NCBI GenBank assembly: GCA_022710975.1
Contig: JAKLGA010000013.1
Location: 141,363 to 205,362, forward strand
DNA: 64,000 nucleotides
Origin: Myxococcota bacterium
GTDB taxonomy: Bacteria > Myxococcota > B64-G9
Direction of reading: 5' to 3'
The position numbers and the translations under genes were made by a program. Under the pieces are notes generated by a model, which was not told the DNA's origin, did no database searches, and saw nothing but the letters and a program-made list of their open reading frames with translations. Shown here piece by piece: positions 28,067 to 37,576 of the stretch (position 1 is the stretch's first letter; every line of letters starts with the position of its first letter).

Positions 28067-31000
28067 TCAGAGCTCCGAGCAGGTGGCGGTGGCGACCGCC
28101 GGGTTGCCGTACACCTCGAGGGACCACGGGTTGCAGGTGGCCCCGCTGTAGTACCTGACCTGGAGGTACACGTACCGGCTCGAGTCGCTGCCCGAGGGGA
28201 ATCCGAGGACGCATTCCTCCTCCCAGCGGAGCTCGACCTGGTCCAGGGTGGTGCCGCCGTTGGACGAGCTGTCCGCGACCGTGCTGCAGCCGTCGCAGTA
28301 GGCGAACAGGTCGTAGTCGGTGTTGAGGCCCGGGGCCAGGGTGATGATCGTGCTCAGGTAGAGGCAGCTGGACCAGTCCTCGTAGGTCTCCATGACGTAG
28401 AGCCGCAGCCAGGTCTCCCCCCGCCCGGAGTAGGAGATGCGACCGGCGCCCTCGTCCCCGCTGATGTCGCCGATGTCGGTGTAGCTGCCGCAGGCGGGGT
28501 TGGTGTCGAGATCGAACTCGCAGCCGTTGGCCGGCAGGTTGTTCAGATCGCACCAGCCCGCGTTGCAGCTCTCGATGGCGCAGGTGCCCGTGCCGCAGGT
28601 GGCGGTGGCGTTCGCCAGCGGGCCGCAAGGGGTGCCGCAGAAGCCGCAGTCGCTCAGGCTGGTGAGCTGGGTCTCGCAGCCGTCGATCGGATCGCCGTCG
28701 CACGAGCCCCACAGGCTCGAGCAGCTCGGGGAGCACAGGCTGTTGGCGCAGGCGATCCCGCCGTGCGCGTTGGTGCACACGGTGTCGCAGTCGCCGCAGT
28801 GGGCGGGATCGTTGTCGGTGCGGGTCTCGCAGCCCGCGCTCGCGTTGCAGTCATGGAAGCCCCAGTCGCAGGCGGTCAGGGTGCAGGCGCCCGTGCTGCA
28901 GCTCTCCACGGCGTTGGGCAGCTCGCAGCGCACGTCGCAGGTCGAGCAGTCGTCCAGCGTGTTGGTGGGGGTCTCGCAGCCGTTGCGGGGCAAGTTGTCG
29001 CAGTCGCCCCACAGCGGATCGCACTCGGGTGTGCACAGCCCGCCCACGCAGGGGTTGTCGCCGTGCTGGGCGGTGCACACCACGCCGCAGCCGCCGCAGT
29101 TCTGCGGGTCGGTCTGGGTGTCCGTCTCGCAGTCCGGGTCGGCGTCGCAGTTGGCGAGGCCGGCCGGGCAGCCCTGGCACTGGCCCTGGAGGGTGATGGT
29201 GACCAGCGGACGGCCGAGATCGCTGGACAGGATCTCGACCGCGCCGCTGGCCGGGCCGCCGGCCGTGGGCTGGTAGAGCATGGTCACCAGGATCTCCCCG
29301 CCCGCGTCGGGGATGAGCGCGGGCAGGACCGGCACGCCCTGCAGGCCGAAGGCCGGGGAGGAGCCCGAGCCCATGCGGATCTCGTTCACCGCCAGCGGGT
29401 AGGCCGAGGCGTTGCGGATGGAGAGGGTCGCGCTGCGCAGCTCCCCGATGGCCGCGGCGCCGAAGTCGTGGGCGCTGGCGGGCGTGGTGAAGATGAGCGA
29501 GTCGGTCCCGCGGGCCGAGAGGCTGACCGCCACCCGGCCCACCACGCCGTCCACGGCCACGTCGGGATCGTTCGTGTCGATGAGCAGGCTGCCGTTCTGG
29601 ATGCCCGCGGTGGTGGGGGCGAAGCTGATCTGCAGTTGCACCTCCTGGCCCGAGGGCACGGGCGCGAAGGCGGCCGGCTGCCAGGTGTAGTCGGCGGTGG
29701 TGCCGGTGGCGCGGGCCACCGCCGCGACGGTGAGCGGATCGCCGCCCGTCGAGCGCAGCACGAGCGGCAGGCTGCGGGTCTCGTGCAGGCCGAGGGCCTG
29801 GTCGAGCTGCACGTCCCCGAAGGCGAGCGCGGCCGGCTCGGGCACCAGCTCGACGTGCGCCGGCTCGTAGCCCTCGGCGTGGAGCGCCACCCGCAGCTCG
29901 CCGACCGGGTCGGAGGTGGTCGCCACCAGCTCCCCGGCCTCGAACCCGACGTCGGCCGGGGCGAAGGTCAGCTCGACCCAGACCATCTCGCCCATGGGCA
30001 CGACGTGCGGGGCGGTCGGCAGGTTGGGGAGGTCGAGGGAGCCCGAGGTGAGGCTCCACTCGGCGCTCACCCCCTGCAGGGACACCGAGTCGATCGCCAG
30101 GGCGGCGTCGCCTTCGTTGGACAGGTTGACCCGGACCGTGGCCTGGGCGCCCACCCGCACCCGCCCCGGGACCACCGGGCTGGGATCGGCGCTCAGGGCG
30201 CCCACCGCCCCGCGGCCGGCGAGCGGCACGCGCAGGCTCGGCGCCAGCGGGTCGTCGGTGGAGAACACCAGCTCGTCCCCGTCCACGCCGGGCGCGTCCG
30301 GGGTGTAGGTCACCTGCGCCTCGAGGAACTCGCCCTGGTTCAGCAGGGCGGGCAGCTCCGCCAGGTCGCCGTTGGCGTCGACCAGCTTGAGCACGAAGTC
30401 GGGCCGGGCCGGAGCGCGCACCTCGCTCACGGCCAGCACGGCGTTGCCCGTGCCCTGGTTGGCGAGGCTGACGCTGAGCGGGCCGCCCGACTGGCCGACC
30501 GGCACGTCGCCGAAGTCGAGGGCGGGGGTGGACAGCACGGCGCGGGCCTCGCCCTTGAACTCGGACAGCAGGTGGACCTTGACCAGGGCCTCGTCCGGGT
30601 CGTTGGAGACGATGTCCAGCACGCCGTGGTCGGTCACCCCGTCGCTGGCGGAGTAGGTCACCTGGAGGCTGGCCTCGTCGCCCGGCCCGAGGACGAGCGG
30701 CAGCGCGTCGGTGACCGCGGAGGGGATGGCGAAGTCCTCGGCGCCCGCCTCCAGGTTGAGCTGCAGCACGCGCAGCTCCTGGTCGCCGGCGTTGCGCACC
30801 ACGATGGCCTGCTCGACCGTCAGCCCCACGGCCACGTTGCCGAAGTCGAGCTGGTGCAGCGGGGGATCGCCGGTGAGCGGCGGCTGGACGATCTCGAGGT
30901 CCGGCCCGAGCGGGCCCTGGTCCGCCCCGTCCTCGCCGTCCTCCCCGTCCTGGTCGTCCCCGCCGTCCCCGCCGTCGGGCTGGCCGGACAGCACGCAGGT

Positions 31001-31225
31001 CCCGTTCCGGCAGGTCATGCCGTCCGGGCAGGCGTCGAACTCGGCGCAGGGCTGCACCCCCGGGACGCACACCCCGGAGTCGCAGTAGGTGCCGTAGACG
31101 CACTCCGTATCCTGCGAGCAGATGGCGGGGCCGTCCTGGCCGCCGGGGCTCGAGGACGAGCAGCCGGCGGCGAGCGCCAGGGCGAGCAGCAGCAGGGCAG
31201 GGGACAGGCGTCGGAGGTTCGTCAT
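28067..31225 (-). CDS. Giant Cys-rich lipoprotein with choice-of-anchor-D-like repeats and four NCGxCGxxC repeats
   Basis: ATG at 31225 (MTNLRRLSPALLLLALALAAGC) preceded by GAGGT. At least 5 LDFG-type beta-sandwich repeats. Four about 45-aa repeats of type DPQNCGGCGVVCT...WGDCD...NGCET. 1052 aa. Confidence 0.7.
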   Translation of the reverse strand: MTNLRRLSPALLLLALALAAGCSSSSPGGQDGPAICSQDTECVYGTYCDSGVCVPGVQPCAEFDACPDGMTCRNGTCVLSGQPDGGDGGDDQDGEDGEDGADQGPLGPDLEIVQPPLTGDPPLHQLDFGNVAVGLTVEQAIVVRNAGDQELRVLQLNLEAGAEDFAIPSAVTDALPLVLGPGDEASLQVTYSASDGVTDHGVLDIVSNDPDEALVKVHLLSEFKGEARAVLSTPALDFGDVPVGQSGGPLSVSLANQGTGNAVLAVSEVRAPARPDFVLKLVDANGDLAELPALLNQGEFLEAQVTYTPDAPGVDGDELVFSTDDPLAPSLRVPLAGRGAVGALSADPSPVVPGRVRVGAQATVRVNLSNEGDAALAIDSVSLQGVSAEWSLTSGSLDLPNLPTAPHVVPMGEMVWVELTFAPADVGFEAGELVATTSDPVGELRVALHAEGYEPAHVELVPEPAALAFGDVQLDQALGLHETRSLPLVLRSTGGDPLTVAAVARATGTTADYTWQPAAFAPVPSGQEVQLQISFAPTTAGIQNGSLLIDTNDPDVAVDGVVGRVAVSLSARGTDSLIFTTPASAHDFGAAAIGELRSATLSIRNASAYPLAVNEIRMGSGSSPAFGLQGVPVLPALIPDAGGEILVTMLYQPTAGGPASGAVEILSSDLGRPLVTITLQGQCQGCPAGLANCDADPDCETDTQTDPQNCGGCGVVCTAQHGDNPCVGGLCTPECDPLWGDCDNLPRNGCETPTNTLDDCSTCDVRCELPNAVESCSTGACTLTACDWGFHDCNASAGCETRTDNDPAHCGDCDTVCTNAHGGIACANSLCSPSCSSLWGSCDGDPIDGCETQLTSLSDCGFCGTPCGPLANATATCGTGTCAIESCNAGWCDLNNLPANGCEFDLDTNPACGSYTDIGDISGDEGAGRISYSGRGETWLRLYVMETYEDWSSCLYLSTIITLAPGLNTDYDLFAYCDGCSTVADSSSNGGTTLDQVELRWEEECVLGFPSGSDSSRYVYLQVRYYSGATCNPWSLEVYGNPAVATATCSEL

Positions 31226-31348
31226 GGCACCTGACCTCACTTTTCAGTCATGGGCCCGGGCAGGAGGGAGCCAACCGCGCCCCGCTCCGCTAGATACTAG
31301 CCCGCGGATGACAGATCGGTCAATTCGACGACCGGGCGGGCGGCGCGC

Positions 31349-32743
31349 TCAGAAGCCGTACTCGGCGCCGAGGGTGATGGTCAGGCGGGGCGGAAACATC
31401 ATGTCGTAGGTCACCGAGGTCTCCGGGCTCCCGGAGCCGGGGGGCGGTGGCCCCTCGATCGGGCCGGTCGGCTGGGCCATGACGCCGAAGCCGAACACCA
31501 GCCCCAGCTCGGGCAGCACCCACCAGGACACCTCCAGGAGCCCGCCGGCGGCCACCCCGGCAAACCCGCTGCTGATGTCGAACGAGAACCTATCCGTATC
31601 CCTGGCGACCTCGATCTTGGGGGCGTGGATCCACAGCCCGGCGCCCACGTTCAGGCCCAGGCGCAGCTCGACCACCTCCGCGATGGGCAGGCGGCCCTTG
31701 AGGCGCAGGGAGAAGGCCATGTAGTCGAAGGTGTCGTCGTGGAGGAAGCTGCCGCCCTGCTCGAACGTCTGGCGGGTCTCCGCGCGGAGGTAGCCCACCG
31801 CCAGGCCGAGCGAGAAGTACCTGCCGATCAGGAAGTCGAGCCCCAGGTCGAGGCAGACGCCGATGTCGGTCTCGGCCTCGCCTTCGTACGCTTGCCACTC
31901 CAGGAAGACACCCGATTCGTCGCCGAGCCCCGGGCTGAGGAGCCCGAGGTGCGCCCCGACCACCCCGAGGTGGTCGCCGATGCCTCCCTCGGGCTCCGCC
32001 TCGGCCTGCTTCTTCGAGGCCTCCTCCGCGAGCGCCTGCTGCCGGGCAGCTTCCTCCTGGAGGGCCTTCTGTCTGGCCGCTTCCTCCGCGAGGGCCTTCT
32101 GCCTGGCGGCCTCCTCCTCCTGCGTCCTCCTCTGGGCGGCTTCTTCCTCGGTGGTCTTCTGCCGGGCCAGCTCCTCCTCGAGGATCTTCTTCTTCGCGGC
32201 CGCCTCCTCGATGGCCTTGCGGTCCGCCTCGGCCTGTCGGGCCTTGTCCAGGGCGGCCTGGTCGAGCTTGCGGGTGATCCGCCCGGCCAGCGTCTCCAGG
32301 GCCAGCCCCAGCTTCTCGGGCTCGCAGTCGGACTCGACCTTCTCGGCCTTCTCGGTGGCCGCGCGCCTGAGATCGTAGAGCGTGGCGGTCACCCGGCACT
32401 TGCTGCCGAGCTTGAAGATCTGGGTGGAGAGCGTCTTCTGCGCCGCCAGCTCGCGGCCCAGCTCGACCTGGCAGGACTGGTCCACGCAGGCCTTGTAGGA
32501 GTCGGTCTGGGCCTCCTTGAGCCGGGCGCGGAGCTGGTCCCGCGGCACCACCTGCCAGCCGCCCTGGGTCAGCAGCACGGCCAGGTAATCGGCCAGGTCC
32601 TTGACCGCGCCCTCCTCCAGGGCCCTGGTCCGATCGTCGATGTCGAAGACCGCCACGATCGGCCCGGCCTCCTGGGCGAGAGCGGGTAGCGACAGGGACG
32701 TCGGCAGGGCGATGAGGGCCAGCCAGGCGAGCCCGGGGCGCAT
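31349..32743 (-). CDS. Tripartite outer-membrane protein: CxxQxC N-domain, coiled coil and C-terminal beta-barrel
   Basis: ATG preceded by GGAGG. Signal MRPGLAWLALIALPTSLSLPALAQ. N-domain paralogous to 13819..14811. EEAARQKALAEEAARQKALQEEAARQQALAEE coiled coil. Amphipathic beta strands ending ...LGAEYGF (C-terminal Phe). Confidence 0.65.
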   Translation of the reverse strand: MRPGLAWLALIALPTSLSLPALAQEAGPIVAVFDIDDRTRALEEGAVKDLADYLAVLLTQGGWQVVPRDQLRARLKEAQTDSYKACVDQSCQVELGRELAAQKTLSTQIFKLGSKCRVTATLYDLRRAATEKAEKVESDCEPEKLGLALETLAGRITRKLDQAALDKARQAEADRKAIEEAAAKKKILEEELARQKTTEEEAAQRRTQEEEAARQKALAEEAARQKALQEEAARQQALAEEASKKQAEAEPEGGIGDHLGVVGAHLGLLSPGLGDESGVFLEWQAYEGEAETDIGVCLDLGLDFLIGRYFSLGLAVGYLRAETRQTFEQGGSFLHDDTFDYMAFSLRLKGRLPIAEVVELRLGLNVGAGLWIHAPKIEVARDTDRFSFDISSGFAGVAAGGLLEVSWWVLPELGLVFGFGVMAQPTGPIEGPPPPGSGSPETSVTYDMMFPPRLTITLGAEYGF

Positions 32744-32878
32744 GAGACCTCCTCGAGGTGCGGGCACCGCAGGCCAGTGTACGGGACTTGGAGCCGCTGC
32801 TCAAGGCGGGACGTGTTTGACCGGGCGCGTCATCTGGTGTAGTTTGCGCCGGAGTTTCGAGCAGGAGGTCGAGATCCC

Positions 32879-34168
32879 ATGCGCAAGCTGATCCCCTGGA
32901 TGCTGGTGCTGGCCCTGGCCGGGTGCGCGGAGGAGGAGGGCACCGACGTGCCTGGCGAGGGCGAGGATCTCGGGCTGGGCGAGCTGTCCTCCGAGGACGA
33001 CAAGGAAGACGGCATGTGGGGCGCGGCCACCACCTGCAAGGCCATCCCCGACCTGCCGCCGCTCTCGAGCCCGCGCATCATCGTCTCGCTGCACGGGCTC
33101 ACCCTGCGGCTGGTGGACGAGGCGGCCGGCTACGACAAGGTGTTCCCCATCGGCCCCGGCGCGATCGACTCCAGCCCCTCCTCGCTGACCTACCAGGAGT
33201 CGCTGAGCATGTACCCGCTGCTGCGGTACGACACCCAGGACTTCGAGCTGCGGCCGGCCACCATCACCGCCTGCAAGATCTGGTGGCGCGACCCGGCCAC
33301 GGGCAAGCGCCTGCCGGTGTTCGCCGGGCTGCCGTTCCTGTCCTGGAGCGGCAACTACGGCATGCACGGGCCGATCGACAACTACCGGGCGGCCAACGGC
33401 GGCACGCTGCGGCGCGGCTTCGTGTCCCACGGCTGCCTGCGCATGGAGGCCGCCGACGTGCTCGAGGTGTACGCCCGCATCCGCGGCGTGGCGCGCGTCC
33501 CGGTGCGCGTGTCGCGCGAGCCGGAGCGCGACGCGGACGGCGTGCGGGTGGACGTGCCCGGCCGCTGGTTCGGCTCGGAGTGCCGCGCGGACGCCGACTG
33601 CGACTTCCAGAACGGCTTCTGCCTGGACAACCCGGTGGGCGGGCGCGGCTACTGCGCCCAGGCGTGCTCACGCACCTGCCCGGACAAGGCCGGCTACCCG
33701 GTGTCCTTCTGCGTGGCCGATCCCGGCGCGCCCGAGCGCGGGGTGTGCGCGCTCAAGGAGCAGGCCGAGAACCGCGGCTGCAGGCCGGGCGATCACCTGG
33801 TGCCCACGGCCCGCACCCGGTTCAACGAGCCGGCCGTGAGCGCCACGGTCTGCCTGCCGGGCTCCAGGGGCTGGATCGGCGACCGCTGCCTGGCGGACGG
33901 TGACTGCCTGGACGGGACGAGCTGCGTGCCCGTGGACGGCGCCGGCGGGGTGGGCATGTGCACCCAGGGCTGCACCAGCTCCTGCCCGGACCAGCCCGGC
34001 CGGCCGTGGACGGCCTGCGTGGAGGAGCCCGCGCTCGGCGGGGACACCTGCCTGCGCCAGTGCACCCCGGACGACCAGGGCGCGGAGTGCCCCGAGGGCT
34101 TCCTGTGCGAGGATCGGCCGCGCGCCGATCCCAGCCGGCCGGCCGTGGACGCCTGCGTCCCGCTCTGA
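32879..34168 (+). CDS. L,D-transpeptidase (YkuD) family lipoprotein with Cys-rich C-terminal extension
   Basis: Signal [16 protein letters not shown]. Catalytic motif [10 protein letters not shown]. About 200-aa Cys-rich tail. Confidence 0.7.
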   Translation: MRKLIPWMLVLALAGCAEEEGTDVPGEGEDLGLGELSSEDDKEDGMWGAATTCKAIPDLPPLSSPRIIVSLHGLTLRLVDEAAGYDKVFPIGPGAIDSSPSSLTYQESLSMYPLLRYDTQDFELRPATITACKIWWRDPATGKRLPVFAGLPFLSWSGNYGMHGPIDNYRAANGGTLRRGFVSHGCLRMEAADVLEVYARIRGVARVPVRVSREPERDADGVRVDVPGRWFGSECRADADCDFQNGFCLDNPVGGRGYCAQACSRTCPDKAGYPVSFCVADPGAPERGVCALKEQAENRGCRPGDHLVPTARTRFNEPAVSATVCLPGSRGWIGDRCLADGDCLDGTSCVPVDGAGGVGMCTQGCTSSCPDQPGRPWTACVEEPALGGDTCLRQCTPDDQGAECPEGFLCEDRPRADPSRPAVDACVPL

Positions 34169-34248
34169 TCCCGCCCCGCCCGCCTGTAAGCCGCGCGTCC
34201 CGCCCGGCGACCGCTGGTCAGACCGGAACCATTGAGGGAGAACGAATC

Positions 34249-34857
34249 ATGAAGATACTGGTGATCTTCTATTCTTCGTACGGACACATCTACAAGATGG
34301 CCGAGGCCGTGGCCGCGGGCGCGCGCGAGGCGGGCGCCGAGGTGATCCTGCGGCGCATCCCCGAGACGCTGCCGGTCGAGGTGCTGGAGAAGACGGGCGC
34401 CAGGGCCGCCCAGCAGGCCTTCGCGCACGTCCCCGTGGCGAGCGTGGACGAGCTGACCGGATACGACGCCATCGTGTTCGGCGTGCCCACGCGCTTCGGC
34501 AACGTCATCTCCCAGATGCAGGCCTTCCTGGACGCGACCGGCGGGCTGTGGGCCAGGGGCGCGCTGGTCGGCAAGCTGGGCAGCGTGTTCGTCTCCAGCG
34601 CCACCCAGCACGGCGGCCAGGAGACCACCATCCGCGCGCTACACACGAGCCTGCTGCACCACGGCATGGTGATCGCCGGCCTGCCCTACTCGTTCCAGGG
34701 GCTGATGAGGCTGGACGAGGTCACGGGCGGCTCCCCCTACGGCGCGTCCACCATCGCCGGTGGCAAGGGAGAGCGGCAGCCCTCCGAGAACGAGCTGGCT
34801 GGAGCGCGTTTCCAGGGACGGCACATCGCCGGACTGACCCGGAAGCTGGCCGGCTGA
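34249..34857 (+). CDS. wrbA: NAD(P)H:quinone oxidoreductase WrbA (flavodoxin-like)
   Basis: [27 protein letters not shown]..., flavodoxin-like fold, preceded by GAGGGAG. Confidence 0.85.
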   Translation: MKILVIFYSSYGHIYKMAEAVAAGAREAGAEVILRRIPETLPVEVLEKTGARAAQQAFAHVPVASVDELTGYDAIVFGVPTRFGNVISQMQAFLDATGGLWARGALVGKLGSVFVSSATQHGGQETTIRALHTSLLHHGMVIAGLPYSFQGLMRLDEVTGGSPYGASTIAGGKGERQPSENELAGARFQGRHIAGLTRKLAG

Positions 34858-34906
34858 GCAGGGCCTCTTGACGGGCCCTCGCGGGTCTGCCTACCCTGAA
34901 TGGGTC

Positions 34907-36862
34907 ATGACGGACCCCGAGAACGGGTGGGGAGCAGCGTTCTCGCTGCTCGACGCGTTGAAGATGCCGGTCGTGCTCCTCGGAGCCGACCGCACCATCC
35001 TGGCCGCGAACCTGGCCGCGCTCAAGCTGGCCGGCGGTCACCCCGAGCAGATCCTGGGTCAGCCCTGCCACCGGCTGTTCCACGGAGGCGCCGAGCGACC
35101 GCCGGCCGATTGCCCCCTCGACAAGGTGATCGCCGCGTGTGGCGAGCAGTCCGCGGAGATGAGGGTGGAGGCCCTGGGCGGGACGTTCCTGGTCTCCTGC
35201 GCCCCGGTGCCGGACGCACGCGGCGGGCCGGTCCGCTACCTGCACGTGCTGCACGACATCACCGAGCGCCTGCAGGCCGAGCGGGCGCTGCAGGACAGCC
35301 AGCGCCACCTGGCCGAGTCCAACCAGATGCTGCAGCTCGTGCTCGACACCATCCCGGTGCGCATCTTCTGGAAGGACAGGGACTGCCGCTTCCTGGGCTG
35401 CAACCGTCTGTTCGCGGAGGACGCCGGCCGCGCCTCGCCGGCCGAGCTCATCGGGCGCACCGACTTCGACATGGGCTGGCGCGAGCAGGCCGAGCAGTAC
35501 ACCCGCGACGACCGCCTGGTGATGGAGAGCGGCCAGGGCAAGGTGGCCTACGAGGAGCCCCAGACCAGCCCGTCCGGCCAGGCCCTGTGGCTGCGGACCA
35601 CCAAGGTGCCGCTGCGCGACCTGGACGGGGAGGTGATCGGGGTGCTGGGCACCTACGAGGACATCACCCCGCAGAAGCAGGCCGAGGAGGAGCGCGCGCG
35701 CCTTTCCGCCCAGCTCCAGCAGGCGGTCAAGATGGAGGCCCTCGGCCGGCTGGCCGGCGGGGTGGCGCACGACTTCAACAATCTCTTGACCAGCATCCTG
35801 GGGTACTCCTCGCTGGGCATGCTGGGGCTCAAGGCGGACGATCCGCTGCACCCCATCCTGGCGGACGTGCGCAAGGCCGCCGAGAGCGCCGCGCACCTGA
35901 CCCGGCAGCTCCTGGCCTTCGCCCGCAAGCAGGTGGTCGAGCCGCGGGTGCTCGATCTGCGCGAGGTGGTCGCCGACCTGCACCGGCTGCTCGGGCGGGT
36001 GATCGGCGAGGACGTGGAGCTCTGCGCCGCGCCGGGCGAGGGGCCGGCCGCGGTGCGGGTGGACCCGGGCCAGGTCGAGCAGATCCTGGTCAACCTGGCG
36101 GTCAACGCGCGCGACGCCATGCCCGGGGGCGGGCGCCTGACCATCTCGACCGGCCAGGAGGTGCTGGAGGATGCGCGGGCGCTGGCCCTGGGGGTGCCCG
36201 CGGGCCGCTACGTGCGCCTGACCGTGGCCGACACCGGCAGCGGCATGGGCGACGAGGTCAAGGCCCACCTGTTCGAGCCGTTCTTCACCACCAAGCCCCG
36301 GGGCCGGGGCACCGGCCTGGGGCTGGCTTCGGTCTACGGCGCGGTGCGCCAGGCCGGCGGCGCCATCGACGTGGACACCGCGGCCGGGCGCGGGACCGCC
36401 TTCCACATCTTCCTGCCCGCGCAGGACGGGCCGGCCGCGCCGCTCCGGCGCGGCCCGGACGAGCCCGAGCTGCCGGCCGGCCACGAGGCGGTGCTGCTGG
36501 TCGAGGACGACGCGGTGGTGCGGGAGGCCGGCCGGCGCATGCTGGAGCGGCTGGGCTACCGGGTGTGGAGCGCCTCGAGCGGCGAGGAGGCCCTGCGGCT
36601 GGTGGTGTCCGGGACCTGCCAGGCGGAGCTGCTCTTCAGCGACGTGGTCATGCCGGGCCTCAACGGCGTGGAGCTGACCCAGCAGCTCCGCGCGATGATC
36701 CCGGGGCTCAAGGTGGTGCTCACCTCGGGTTACGCCGAGGAGGCCGTGGAGCGGCTCGGCGAGCGCGCCCCCGGGGCGCTCTTCCTGCCCAAGCCCTACA
36801 CCGCCGGCAGCCTGGCCGGGAAGCTGCGCGAGGCCCTGGACGGACCGCCCCGCAGGCGCTGA
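34907..36862 (+). CDS. Hybrid sensor histidine kinase (PAS-PAS-HisKA-HATPase-REC)
   Basis: H-box [13 protein letters not shown] boxes [15 protein letters not shown] and GTGLGLA, receiver LLVEDD...DVVMPGLNG...KPY. Confidence 0.8.
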   Translation: MTDPENGWGAAFSLLDALKMPVVLLGADRTILAANLAALKLAGGHPEQILGQPCHRLFHGGAERPPADCPLDKVIAACGEQSAEMRVEALGGTFLVSCAPVPDARGGPVRYLHVLHDITERLQAERALQDSQRHLAESNQMLQLVLDTIPVRIFWKDRDCRFLGCNRLFAEDAGRASPAELIGRTDFDMGWREQAEQYTRDDRLVMESGQGKVAYEEPQTSPSGQALWLRTTKVPLRDLDGEVIGVLGTYEDITPQKQAEEERARLSAQLQQAVKMEALGRLAGGVAHDFNNLLTSILGYSSLGMLGLKADDPLHPILADVRKAAESAAHLTRQLLAFARKQVVEPRVLDLREVVADLHRLLGRVIGEDVELCAAPGEGPAAVRVDPGQVEQILVNLAVNARDAMPGGGRLTISTGQEVLEDARALALGVPAGRYVRLTVADTGSGMGDEVKAHLFEPFFTTKPRGRGTGLGLASVYGAVRQAGGAIDVDTAAGRGTAFHIFLPAQDGPAAPLRRGPDEPELPAGHEAVLLVEDDAVVREAGRRMLERLGYRVWSASSGEEALRLVVSGTCQAELLFSDVVMPGLNGVELTQQLRAMIPGLKVVLTSGYAEEAVERLGERAPGALFLPKPYTAGSLAGKLREALDGPPRRR

Positions 36863-36907
36863 GTTTCCCATTCACCGCTTGACGCTGGGCGGCGGAATGC
36901 CCGAGAC

Positions 36908-37576
36908 TTGGGCATCATGCGCGCGCGGAACCCACTTTCAGGAAATGGCATTCTGTTCGGGGTGATCGGCGTCCTGGCGGCCTGGCAGGGCGCGGGCTGT
37001 GAGCGGGGGCCGCTCGAGCTCGTCTGCACGCCCCTGCAACCAGGGGCCCTCGTGGTCACCGAGGTGTCCAGCGCCGGCTGGCACTGGATCGAGATCGCCA
37101 ACCCCGGCGCCAGCGAGATCGCGCTGACGGGCATGCAGTTCCTGTTCGGCGGCGCCGGCGGGACATACGTGGACGAGTTCTGGATTCGCGAGCACGACGT
37201 GAGCCTGGCGCCCGGTGGGCGGTACGTGGCCGCCCGGTTCCCCGGCAGCGTGTCCCCTCCGGCCTGGGCCGACTACCTGTTCGGGGACGAGTTCGACGCC
37301 GACTTCCCCAGCTCCGGCATCCTCGAGATCCACAACTGCGACGATCACGCTGACATCGGCGCCATCAACCCCGAGCTCGTGGACCGCGTCCAGTGGTCCG
37401 GGCTGCCCGAGACCGGGAGCTGGGCCTTCGACGGCGGCCAGGCCCCGAACGCGCTGGCGAACGACACCCCGACGAGCTGGTGCCAGGACTCCCACTCGCA
37501 GACCCTCGGGGCCGGGCCGTACGACACGGTGCTGGGCTCCCCGGGCGAGGACAACCCCCCATGCGCCACCCCCTGA
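36908..37576 (+). CDS. Lamin-tail-domain (LTD) lipoprotein
   Basis: Signal and lipobox ...VLAAWQGAGC. LVVTEVSSAGWHWIEIANPGASEIALTGMQF matches the LTD signature (NE..p...EWIEl.N). Confidence 0.7.
   Translation: MGIMRARNPLSGNGILFGVIGVLAAWQGAGCERGPLELVCTPLQPGALVVTEVSSAGWHWIEIANPGASEIALTGMQFLFGGAGGTYVDEFWIREHDVSLAPGGRYVAARFPGSVSPPAWADYLFGDEFDADFPSSGILEIHNCDDHADIGAINPELVDRVQWSGLPETGSWAFDGGQAPNALANDTPTSWCQDSHSQTLGAGPYDTVLGSPGEDNPPCATP

Noticed and set aside
28043-31234. 1063-aa plus ORF and 750-aa minus ORF (28851..31103)
   Set aside because: Antisense and alternative frames of the giant lipoprotein. No signal peptide or domains, G/A/R/V-rich.
34858-34906. Rho-independent terminator after wrbA (agggcc-N8-ggccct hairpin)
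   Set aside because: A 6-bp stem exists but there is no downstream U-tract, and such GC hairpins are ubiquitous at 72% GC. Not reported as a feature.
34900-36882. 660-aa plus ORF
   Set aside because: +2 frame of the histidine kinase gene. Poly-R/G/A/P.
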